A stretch of DNA of 33,340 nt, taken from the IMG/VR virus record IMGVR_UViG_3300035562_000038, positions 1 to 33,340 of that record, one strand, 5' to 3'. Below the pieces are notes generated by a model. The model saw only the letters and a list, made by a program, of their open reading frames with translations, was not told where the DNA came from and ran no database searches. Both the position numbers and the translations under genes were made by a program. Of the stretch, positions 25,940-33,340 are shown piece after piece. Each line of letters opens with the position of its first letter. The first letter of the stretch is position 1. The stretch is from a virus (Duplodnaviria > Caudoviricetes).

Positions 25940-26322
25940 GCCAACGGCCACTCGTCTAAGTAAAACCACGGCGAGTTTTGCCACTTACGCGACAAAATAT
26001 TGACCGATACCAGTGTTAAACCGCCAGTGGCGTAGTTGCGTTTAAATACGCACTCAACTGACTGGTCTGGGCCGCTGGCAGGGTCATAACTGACTATCCT
26101 GTCCATAAGAGGCTGCTTTCTTCTGGCATGAAGAAGTCTCAGTGTCGCACCTGCGGAAAGCTTGAACGCTGCGCGTATCAGCTCCTGTTGGCGGGCTGCG
26201 TAGGTTTTCCCATAGCGGCGACCTCCGCAGGTGAAAACAGGCTGTACATGATAATTTTGGATGTGATCGTGGCGGCCCAAAATAGCAGCAATAACAAGAG
26301 CGGCATTAGTTTTGCGCATCAT
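25936..26322 (-). CDS. Hypothetical protein with terminase-like short motifs
   Basis: Overlaps both neighbours by 4 nt; contains GGRRYGKT, SYDPASGPDQS and FYLDEW. Confidence 0.7.
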   Translation of the reverse strand: MMRKTNAALVIAAILGRHDHIQNYHVQPVFTCGGRRYGKTYAARQQELIRAAFKLSAGATLRLLHARRKQPLMDRIVSYDPASGPDQSVECVFKRNYATGGLTLVSVNILSRKWQNSPWFYLDEWPLA

Positions 26323-27368
26323 TCACATACCCCCGCATAAACGCTACTGCAACCGGTGTGATCGTTCATGGCGGCGATCAAATCGAACTGCTGCCCGCCC
26401 CTGGTGGTTAGGGCCCAATCGCGATAGGTTTCGATGCCATGCGATTCAACCGTGATGCACTCGATTCGGCTTTCCGCCTTTTTCGGATCTTGCGTAGCAG
26501 GAAAGAAGACGCTGTTCTGGCGACGAGAACAAGCGGCGACCAGCTTTTCCCATCGAGCAACGCGGGCTATCTCTTCCGGCCAACGGGTAAAAATCTCGGC
26601 CAGCTCGGATTTGCATGCGTGAATGCATGGCATGCAGCCGACGCGGCTACAGCCTTGTGTGTACAACGGATTCGGCTTGATGCCGTGATGTTTGGCAATC
26701 GCAAAGACGTCGGCATGTTTCCAATCGAGAATTGGCCGATAAATATTTAGGCCTGGCGTTTTATCGGCATCGCTTTCCCACGCGGGCAATCCCGCGCGTT
26801 GCGGCGATTCCTCCGCCCTAACCCCTTGCCAACTGATCACCTCGTCATACTCGTCTAGCAAAGGCGCAACCAGCTGATCGCGGATCGGGATGTGCTTTAA
26901 CTCGAATGTGCAGAAGCGGACCATTGTTGACGGAAAACGACCCTTCCACATGCAGAGATCAAGGAATGGCACGCCGGTTGGATGAAGGGTTTCAAGTGCC
27001 AGGGCAACGGTCTTTTTTGCCTCTTGCTCAGTCAGCCCACACTCAGTAACAAGTGATACGGGCCAGCGCTCGGCAATAAACCGGCGCTTACCTTCAATAC
27101 GCGCGGTAAAGTCGGCTTTAACGCGGCGAATCGGCCCTAACTTGGATTCGAGATAATCCAGGTATTTCATTGTTAACGGGTGTTCGTGGCCGGTGTCAGC
27201 AAATGCGGCAATAATCTTGACGCCGGCAGCAAGTGCAAGCAGCCATTGCGCCAGGCTGTCTTTGCCGCCGGAAATACTGATCACGTTTATGGCGTCGGTA
27301 GCGAAGACGCGATCGTCGATCAGTGCCGTTCCGGCAGGATATGAGATAGCACGCGAAGGTATCAGCAT
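26319..27368 (-). CDS. PAPS reductase (CysH/DndC-like) family protein
   Basis: SISGGKDS PP-loop, DTGHEH, RFCTFELK, GVRAEES, RVGCMPC. Confidence 0.88.
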   Translation of the reverse strand: MLIPSRAISYPAGTALIDDRVFATDAINVISISGGKDSLAQWLLALAAGVKIIAAFADTGHEHPLTMKYLDYLESKLGPIRRVKADFTARIEGKRRFIAERWPVSLVTECGLTEQEAKKTVALALETLHPTGVPFLDLCMWKGRFPSTMVRFCTFELKHIPIRDQLVAPLLDEYDEVISWQGVRAEESPQRAGLPAWESDADKTPGLNIYRPILDWKHADVFAIAKHHGIKPNPLYTQGCSRVGCMPCIHACKSELAEIFTRWPEEIARVARWEKLVAACSRRQNSVFFPATQDPKKAESRIECITVESHGIETYRDWALTTRGGQQFDLIAAMNDHTGCSSVYAGVCE

Positions 27369-27370
27369 TT

Positions 27371-27697
27371 CTACTTATCCTCCGGCGCAGCCGCTAGCAT
27401 GGCGGCGTAGATGTTGCCGAAGTTCACGCAGAAACTTTCGTCGGCGTTGAACGTGACATCGTCGCAGTTCATGGCTGCGGCGATCATGTCTTCGGTTGGC
27501 TCTACCGGCACCAACTTGTAACCGCCACCTCCAGTTTGAGCGAGTATTGCAGCGCGGCAGGCATCCCATATTGTTTTAGGGTCAGCGCCACATTCAACAA
27601 ACCCTTCGCACTCTGTGTAAATCACGTCAAAGACAGATTTCGGCACGGTTTTCGGTATTGCTGGGGTTGGCTTCGGTTGCGTGGCTTTGGTACTCAT
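27371..27697 (-). CDS. Eaa/Ead-like phage early protein
   Basis: WDACRAAIL...GYKLVPVEPTEDMIAA...IYAAMLAAAP modules; ATG 27697 overlaps the dam stop. Confidence 0.7.
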   Translation of the reverse strand: MSTKATQPKPTPAIPKTVPKSVFDVIYTECEGFVECGADPKTIWDACRAAILAQTGGGGYKLVPVEPTEDMIAAAMNCDDVTFNADESFCVNFGNIYAAMLAAAPEDK

Positions 27698-28515
27698 GCG
27701 GATGCCCTCATTGTTGCGATGATCTCGCCAGCGGTTGCGCGGCTGGTAGCTTTGGCGCTGACAGAACGGCGTGCGGTGGCGGTGGTGATGGTGAAATCGG
27801 AATACAGCTCCCGCGCGGCGTCTGTTTCGCTGTTCGAGGCCACGACGTGGCGGCCGCGTTTTGCCGCGATGCGCAGCATACGCGCCAGCTTTCTCTGCTG
27901 TTCGCTGGTAAAGCCGTCGGTGTGGTAGCTGGTGAAATTGGCGGTGGCGCTGGCTGGGATGTAGGGCGGATCGCAATAAATCACGTCGCCGGCCTGTGCC
28001 ATCCTGATCGCTTCCTGGAATGTGCAGCACAGGAAAATCGCCTTTGTGGCCTGCGCCTTCTCAGAGAACGCCCGGATCTCGTCTTCGGGGAAATAGGGGG
28101 CTTTTCGATGACCGAACGGCACATTAAACTCGCCGCGCAGGTTGTAGCGGCAAACGCCGTTGAATCCGTGGCGGTTCAGGTAAAGGAATTGCGCGGCGCG
28201 GTACAGGAAATTACTGTCGCAGCGCAGATTGAAATCGGCGCGTACAGCGTAATATCCGGCCTCGCTGGCGTGCTCCCTGAACAGGTTGCGCGCTTCGCGG
28301 ATCAGGACGTCCGGCAGGTTTTTGGCGACGTTGTGGAAGTTGATCAGATCGCTGTTGATATCGCACAGCAGATAGCTTTCATAGTCGGTGTTGAGAAACA
28401 CCGCGCCACTGCCGACGAACGGTTCAACCAGCCGCTTTCCGGCTGGCAGGTGCTGGCGCAGCGTGTCTATTATGCTGGCCTTGCTGCCTAGCCATTTCAT
28501 GGCTGGGCGGTTCAT
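27694..28515 (-). CDS. dam: DNA adenine methylase Dam
   Basis: KWLGSK, LVEPFVGSGAV, YLNRHGFNGVCRYN, FNVPFG, YCDPPY; the GATC-recognition hairpin motif is retained. Confidence 0.93.
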   Translation of the reverse strand: MNRPAMKWLGSKASIIDTLRQHLPAGKRLVEPFVGSGAVFLNTDYESYLLCDINSDLINFHNVAKNLPDVLIREARNLFREHASEAGYYAVRADFNLRCDSNFLYRAAQFLYLNRHGFNGVCRYNLRGEFNVPFGHRKAPYFPEDEIRAFSEKAQATKAIFLCCTFQEAIRMAQAGDVIYCDPPYIPASATANFTSYHTDGFTSEQQRKLARMLRIAAKRGRHVVASNSETDAARELYSDFTITTATARRSVSAKATSRATAGEIIATMRASA

Positions 28516-29357
28516 AGGTCACCGCCTTCGACGCTGGAATCGACAATCTCGAATCCGATCAGCACCATGTCGTCATAAATTGCCCCGATAGAGGCGGGCG
28601 CAACCAAAGCATTGATGATGCCCACCATGCCTATGAGGTAGTAGCCATCATAAAAGCCAACCGATGTTTCTTTAGCCAATTTCTCAGAGCAAAAGACACG
28701 GTTATTGACCAGTGCTGTAATCGCGGCGTGGTCTACCTGCAATAACCTGTTAAGGATATCGACAGCTTTCTGTGCCGTAATTCCGTGCGATGCGAGGCGA
28801 TCACTTCCGGCCGCCATTGCCTTAATCACGCCGAGAGTGGTCAGGCAGTCTGAAAGGGCGCGATGCGGCGTTCCTTCAATAATGACGCCTTGCTGTTCAG
28901 CGGCGGCGGTTAACTTCTGCCATTTGTACCCGCCACGCTCGCTGTTCTGGCCGTAGAATTCGGCGTAGGCCAGCATTGCGCATTCAAACGTTGGTCGCTC
29001 GATTTTAAAGTGAATCGTGATCCCCCAATTATCATTGGTCTGATCAAGAATCCGGGTGTCGAAATCACTGTTGTAAATCACGACTTTGCGCCCGCTGATG
29101 ATGTCGTAAAGACTGCGGCACACATGCGGCCAGGATGGCGCAGTCTTTACCATTTCGTTTGTAATGCCGTGAATGGCTGTCGCGGAGGCAGGGATCACGC
29201 TTCGCGGTTTTACCAGCGTGTTCAGCAGAACCCGGCCGGCCGTGTCGATGATGGTGACTTCTACGATCTCGGCATCTTCTCCAAGGCCGGTGGTTTCGGT
29301 GTCCAGAATCAGGCAGTTTTCGCGCAACCATTGCTGCGCTTTCTGTTGTGGTGTCAT
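28512..29357 (-). CDS. DEDDh 3'-5' exonuclease with extra C-terminal domain
   Basis: ILDTETTG, YNSDFD, HRALSD motifs; about 95 additional C-terminal residues. Confidence 0.88.
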   Translation of the reverse strand: MTPQQKAQQWLRENCLILDTETTGLGEDAEIVEVTIIDTAGRVLLNTLVKPRSVIPASATAIHGITNEMVKTAPSWPHVCRSLYDIISGRKVVIYNSDFDTRILDQTNDNWGITIHFKIERPTFECAMLAYAEFYGQNSERGGYKWQKLTAAAEQQGVIIEGTPHRALSDCLTTLGVIKAMAAGSDRLASHGITAQKAVDILNRLLQVDHAAITALVNNRVFCSEKLAKETSVGFYDGYYLIGMVGIINALVAPASIGAIYDDMVLIGFEIVDSSVEGGDL

Positions 29358-29360
29358 GTT

Positions 29361-29579
29361 TTACCCCTTGAAATGGCGTGATTTTGCTTCTCTGGTGGCC
29401 TGGCAGTGCACACAGGTGCTGACGCCATTAATCAGGCGGCGGCGCTGCTCAGGGATGGGTGCTCCGCATTCCTCGCAGTGAAATGCAGAAGGCCCGCAAG
29501 GTTGCGGGCTGGCGTTTTTGATTTGGGCGTCAAGGATTAGCTGATGCCGTTCCTGTGCCATGTCGATTTGATCGGCCAT
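29361..29579 (-). CDS. TraR/DksA C4 zinc-finger protein (P2 Orf82-like)
   Basis: MADQIDMAQE...CEECGAPIPEQRR...CVHCQ. Confidence 0.92.
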   Translation of the reverse strand: MADQIDMAQERHQLILDAQIKNASPQPCGPSAFHCEECGAPIPEQRRRLINGVSTCVHCQATREAKSRHFKG

Positions 29580-29588
29580 TGGGCGTCC

Positions 29589-29729
29589 TTAGTCGTAATT
29601 GCGCAATTCAGGCGGCATGCACTGTTGATTAAACGCCCGGCAGCATTTGCACTGCCGGTATGCGAACCAGCCCACGACCGCAAAGGCGAGGACAAACCAG
29701 ACTGCGATTACAGCAATGAAGGTGTTCAT
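29589..29729 (-). CDS. Small single-TM protein (46 aa)
   Basis: Hand translation MNTFIAVIAVWFVLAFAVVGWFAYRQCKCCRAFNQQCMPPELRNYD*; ATGA overlap with the upstream gene; fills the operon gap. Confidence 0.7.
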   Translation of the reverse strand: MNTFIAVIAVWFVLAFAVVGWFAYRQCKCCRAFNQQCMPPELRNYD

Positions 29730-29923
29730 TTCGCGGCACCTTCTTGTTGAGTGCCGATCTTTTGGCGGGCGGAAATCCAGCTTTTCAGCATGGAAAGGAT
29801 TTGATCGCGGGTGGCGTTGTCGGCCTCAAGGCGTTCAATCCTCGTGCTCAACAACTCCAGAAGTTGCAGCCGTGAAGCGCGGCGGGCATCCGCAAGCAAC
29901 TCCATTAATTCGTCGTCGTTCAT
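29726..29923 (-). CDS. Small early protein, possibly DUF2732/Orf80-like
   Basis: LMELLADARRASR...LSTRIERLE; AGGGGG RBS; position upstream of the TraR gene. Confidence 0.6.
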   Translation of the reverse strand: MNDDELMELLADARRASRLQLLELLSTRIERLEADNATRDQILSMLKSWISARQKIGTQQEGAAK

Positions 29924-30209
29924 AAAAACCCCCTGAATTCAGGATGTAGGAAACCCGCCACCAAAAAGGCGGCATTTTTTATTTCGGGTGGTGGATATAT
30001 TTCAGTAAGCGCTGAATGTGCCCACTGAAATATATGCCGGGTTTTAGCCATGCCCGGCGCATGAGAAGGTAGTCGCCCGATCTAAGCAGCCCATTCTTTT
30101 GTAAGGACGCAACCGGGTTTCATTGCCTATCTGGGAGCACACCCCGGACGCCAATCCCCCACACGTTGATGGGAGGGTGCGCTCTCAGATAGGGCCGGGC
30201 TTTCCCGGC

Positions 30210-30482
30210 TCATGCGGACTGTTCAACCGCTCGCGGGTGAGGAATATCGCCGTTGTTGCAGCGCATGATCAGACTGTCGATAACGGCGGCGTCCGGGGCG
30301 TGGCCGGCGGCTTCTGCTGTACTCAGCAGGCCAGTTAGGCCGATGCACAGACGGAATGCGTAATCGTTCAGTGAAACAGCGCGTACAGCTGGCGCGATCG
30401 CCGTGGCGGCGTTGATGTTGTTGGCTTTGGCGTGGTACTGCGCCAGAAGTTCGCCCACTAATGTGATATATGCCTGTTTCAT
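30210..30482 (-). CDS. Hypothetical early protein
   Basis: ATGA-coupled to the upstream gene in the cox operon. Confidence 0.65.
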   Translation of the reverse strand: MKQAYITLVGELLAQYHAKANNINAATAIAPAVRAVSLNDYAFRLCIGLTGLLSTAEAAGHAPDAAVIDSLIMRCNNGDIPHPRAVEQSA

Positions 30483-30679
30483 GCTGCCGCCTGGTGCTGT
30501 GAGTAAAGTTGGTCGATATAGCCGGTCGCCTGTGCTTGCGCATCGAATAAGCCATAAGACTGATCGCCCTGGCTTACTTCATATCTGGCGATCTTGTTTA
30601 CGGCGGTGCGTGGCCGATGGGTAATGACGAATCCGCGATAACTCGATGAATGCCGGCTCACTTTAATTAATGCGTGCAT
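30479..30679 (-). CDS. Small early protein (DUF4761-like)
   Basis: IKVSRHSSSYRGFVITHRPR...YGLFDAQAQATGYID; GGAG RBS. Confidence 0.65.
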   Translation of the reverse strand: MHALIKVSRHSSSYRGFVITHRPRTAVNKIARYEVSQGDQSYGLFDAQAQATGYIDQLYSQHQAAA

Positions 30680-30693
30680 GGCTATCTCCCGGC

Positions 30694-31044
30694 TTATTGA
30701 AATGCCGTAGCGTTCGCGATGTAGTTGCCGCTGGCCGCCAGGCTGTGGGCGTAGTACGCAACCATGTTCACCTGCAACAGTTCGCGGCGGCCTGGGGTGG
30801 TGCGCGGCATCAACGGCAGGTAGTTGCGGCGTGCATCGCTTTGCACCTGCTCCAGTGGCATCTTGAAGAATTCGGCGAATTCTTTGAGGGTCATACGCGG
30901 CTTGATGCCGTTCTTCGTGATGTACTCCAGCGCCAACTCGGTAGCGCGATTTTCTGAGGTTGATCGCCCGGCGTGTCGCCCGACACGAACCTGTGATCGC
31001 GGTTGATTAACTTCGTTTACCTTTCTTTGAGCTTGGCCTTTCAT
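30694..31044 (-). CDS. cox: Cox/Apl-like excisionase-repressor
   Basis: MTLKEFAEFF...LPLM...QVNMVA winged-HTH signature; first early gene, divergent from C; GAGG RBS. Confidence 0.8.
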   Translation of the reverse strand: MKGQAQRKVNEVNQPRSQVRVGRHAGRSTSENRATELALEYITKNGIKPRMTLKEFAEFFKMPLEQVQSDARRNYLPLMPRTTPGRRELLQVNMVAYYAHSLAASGNYIANATAFQ

Positions 31045-31085
31045 GCGCTATCCTCGCTAGATCACTTTCGATTGGCTTAGATGGT

Positions 31086-31139
31086 GTACATATGTACCCG
31101 TTTAGCCTGAATTTAGGATACATATAGGCACCTTGTCAA
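31086..31139 (-). promoter_or_regulatory. Early promoter Pe and candidate operators of the lysis/lysogeny switch
   Basis: Minus strand TTGACA (31134-31139), 18 bp, TAAATT (31110-31115); TACATAT repeated at 31087 and 31119; palindrome GTACATATGTAC at 31086-31097. Confidence 0.65.
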
Positions 31140-31433
31140 ATGAAACTAAGCGAAAAGATCAAGACTATCAGAGAGAGCGAAGACCTTAGCCAGGTTAAAT
31201 TTTGCGAAATCATAGGGTTATCGATAAATACCTTAAAAAAGTACGAGGGCGGCAAGTTTGAGCCAGGCGGCGAAATGCTGACCAAAATCACTCAGCACCC
31301 ACAGTTTGAGAAGTACACCATGTGGTTGATGACCGGGAAGACAATGCCCGAGGTTGGGCAAATCTCTCCGGCTCTCTCCCCTGATGGGCAAAGCAGCATC
31401 TCCAACCACCAAAGCGGCCGTGCGGCTGGCTAA
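31140..31433 (+). CDS. C: Immunity repressor C (P2-type HTH)
   Basis: LSEKIKTIRESE...TLKKYEGG...HPQFEKYTMWLMT...GQISPAL, matching the P2 C family. Confidence 0.93.
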   Translation: MKLSEKIKTIRESEDLSQVKFCEIIGLSINTLKKYEGGKFEPGGEMLTKITQHPQFEKYTMWLMTGKTMPEVGQISPALSPDGQSSISNHQSGRAAG

Positions 31434-31519
31434 CCATATATAAAATATGGGTAAATTGGGGTATGGGCGGAATTTGTAAAGAGTCGTATTTCTGGGAATA
31501 ACCATAAAAGGAGTTTTAA

Positions 31520-32083
31520 GTGGAAGATTTATTTTTTGCCTACATCACAGCGAGCAAGAAAGTTTCATCTTATGGCCTGTCTTCACCTGAACGGGTTGGC
31601 GACTATGTTCAAGGCATTTGCATGCGTAGCGCCAGCTATAAGACATTTCGATTAGACCGCTTTATCGGCTTTTTCGGCGACATGCAGGAAGCCGAAGAGT
31701 ATGCAGAGAAGGTGCGCCAGTTCCTGCTTGAGTCCCCTGATGCTGAAGAATTGCCTATTTTTGCTGAGCTGCGGGAGCAGAAAAAATATAAACGGTATGA
31801 ATCCCCCGCAATGCTCAGGCCGCTTGACTTCAGCGGGCCGATGGAAATCTGTTTTACCGGATTCAAGAAGGATGACAAGGTGCGGCTTTCCGCTGTTGCC
31901 TCAGAACATGGAATGATCGTTAGAAGCGACGTCACCGTAAACCTTCACTTCCTTTGCGGTGGCTACAACGCCGGCCCGAAAAAATTAGAGGTAGCTCGTA
32001 AAAAGGGCACTCTCATTTTAAGGGAGGACGAATTTTTATCCCTGGTTGCAACTGGTGAGTTGCCTGATGACTATGACAGGTAA
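31520..32083 (+). CDS. WYL-like + BRCT domain protein
   Basis: N-terminal YVQGIC...YKTFRLDRF (WYL-like); C-terminal EICFTGF...VTVNLHFLCGGYNAGPKKLEVAR (ligase/RFC-type BRCT); AAGGAG RBS, GTG start. Confidence 0.8.
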   Translation: MEDLFFAYITASKKVSSYGLSSPERVGDYVQGICMRSASYKTFRLDRFIGFFGDMQEAEEYAEKVRQFLLESPDAEELPIFAELREQKKYKRYESPAMLRPLDFSGPMEICFTGFKKDDKVRLSAVASEHGMIVRSDVTVNLHFLCGGYNAGPKKLEVARKKGTLILREDEFLSLVATGELPDDYDR

Positions 32084-32085
32084 AT

Positions 32086-33099
32086 ATGAGCATAAAATCC
32101 AGTGGTAGTGGCGAATGGCTGGTAGATGTTCGTCCGCAGGGACGTGACGGCCCGCGCGTTCGCAAGAAATTTCCAACGAAAGCGGAGGCGCAGGCGTTCG
32201 AGCGCTGGGTGATTGCCACCCAGCATAATAAGGGGTGGATGGATAAGCCTAAAGATCGCCGGCCGCTCTCGGAACTGATAGAGCTATGGTGGTTGCACTA
32301 CGGCCAAACACTCAAGGCGGGCCGCTGCACCTATTTGGCACTGATTGCCTTTGATGCGTACATGAAATATCCACGAGCCGATCAGATCACGCATGAGCTG
32401 TTCTCTGATTATCGCGCTGCCCGTCTCACGGAAGGGATTAGCCCTCGAACTATCAACAATATGCAGATCCGACTGAGTGGGGTTTTTACCGCGTTGACGG
32501 CCGCCGGCAAATTTCATGGCGAAAACCCGATGAAAGGCCTGAAGCGGGCGAAAACAAAGCGCTCTAAAATGGCGTTCTTGACCAAACCTCAGATCGCGCA
32601 GCTGTTGCAGGAAACGCACCCAAATGACATACGGGCCGTTCGGCTTGCTTTGGCTACTGGTGCTCGTTTCGGCGAAGTCGAAAGCCTGCTCGACGAACAC
32701 ATCATTAAAAATCGCGTCACCTATGTGGACACAAAGAACGGGAAGGATAGAACCGTCCCTATCTCGCCGGAGTTGTTCAAGGATATCAAAGGCTCCATCG
32801 TTGGGCGTCGAGTGTTCCCTAAGTTGAGTTACACACGGGTGCGCCAGTTACTGAAAAAACTGATCCCCGACTTGCCGAACGGGCAAGCAACGCACGTTTT
32901 CAGGCACACGTTCGGTTCTCACTACATGATGAACGGCGGCAATATTCTTGCCCTACAAAAGATTTTAGGGCACGCCACCATTGAGCAAACTATGACCTAT
33001 GCGCACTTTGCGCCCGATTATCTGCTCGATGCCGTAAGATTCAACCCGCTGGAATATCACCAGGATGAGAGTGTCCACATTTTGACAAAATTAGGTTGA
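32086..33099 (+). CDS. int: Tyrosine integrase (P2 family)
   Basis: TGARFGE, TKNGK, HVFRHTF, ILGH, TMTYAH; adjacent to att. Confidence 0.97.
   Translation: MSIKSSGSGEWLVDVRPQGRDGPRVRKKFPTKAEAQAFERWVIATQHNKGWMDKPKDRRPLSELIELWWLHYGQTLKAGRCTYLALIAFDAYMKYPRADQITHELFSDYRAARLTEGISPRTINNMQIRLSGVFTALTAAGKFHGENPMKGLKRAKTKRSKMAFLTKPQIAQLLQETHPNDIRAVRLALATGARFGEVESLLDEHIIKNRVTYVDTKNGKDRTVPISPELFKDIKGSIVGRRVFPKLSYTRVRQLLKKLIPDLPNGQATHVFRHTFGSHYMMNGGNILALQKILGHATIEQTMTYAHFAPDYLLDAVRFNPLEYHQDESVHILTKLG
33072..33084. promoter_or_regulatory. Integrase arm-type binding site
   Basis: TGTCCACATTTTG, identical to 179-191. Confidence 0.7.
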
Positions 33100-33153
33100 G
33101 TCTGATTACTCTCGGTTCGCTTAGATTCGTTTCATTGATTTATGGTTTTTTCG

Positions 33154-33166
33154 TAATTAATTGATT
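33154..33166 (-). promoter_or_regulatory. IHF binding site in att arm
   Basis: Reverse complement AATCAATTAATTA is a perfect WATCAANNNNTTR match between arm site and core. Confidence 0.75.
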
Positions 33167-33213
33167 TTAAAGTGATGAATTTCACCTTCCGCGCCTTGCG
33201 TCCACAAGGAGAT

Positions 33214-33255
33214 CAAAAAAAAGCCCGCAAGTCTGCGGGCAAAAGTTCCTTGTTA
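33214..33255. repeat. att core, int-proximal copy (42 bp); also terminator of a minus-strand host transcript
   Basis: Identical to 85-126. Confidence 0.95.
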
Positions 33256-33340
33256 CTTCTTCATTTGCTGGTACTTCTCTGGGGGGAAGCACCGAGGAAC
33301 AGACTACCTGTTGCGGACTTAAGATTCTGCGGACAAAACG

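Larger units (their letters stand above)
85..33255. mobile_element. Complete P2-like prophage
   Basis: Full P2 gene order from ogr to int between two identical 42-bp repeats; no obvious frameshifts or stops in core genes. Confidence 0.97.

Noticed and set aside
27698-28030. N-terminal half of the 219-aa ORF 27371-28030
   Set aside because: It overlaps dam out of frame; the likely start is ATG 27697.

Overview
The window holds a complete, apparently intact P2-like (Peduoviridae-type) prophage of 33,129 bp unit length. It is bounded by a perfect 42-bp direct repeat (85-126 and 33214-33255) and sits just downstream of a host cspC-like gene in an enterobacterial genome. The standard P2 modules are present: ogr, tail and baseplate (with the E/E' frameshift), head and packaging genes, replication protein A with its ori, the cox/C switch and int. 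Departures from P2 are: (i) a phage-21/lambda-type lysis cassette (dual-start pinholin, SAR endolysin, nested Rz/Rz1); (ii) an extra SGNH-esterase tailspike with a duplicated domain, and no tail-fibre chaperone G; (iii) a WYL-like/BRCT gene between C and int; (iv) an early accessory block with a DEDDh exonuclease, Dam, a PAPS-reductase-like protein and a 128-aa protein carrying three terminase-like motifs. The most unusual element lies after gene A: an array of six 20-bp bipartite quasi-palindromes runs directly into an adenine methyltransferase that lacks its target-recognition domain, followed by a coupled Cys-rich small gene. All calls come from motif recognition by eye; no database searches were run.
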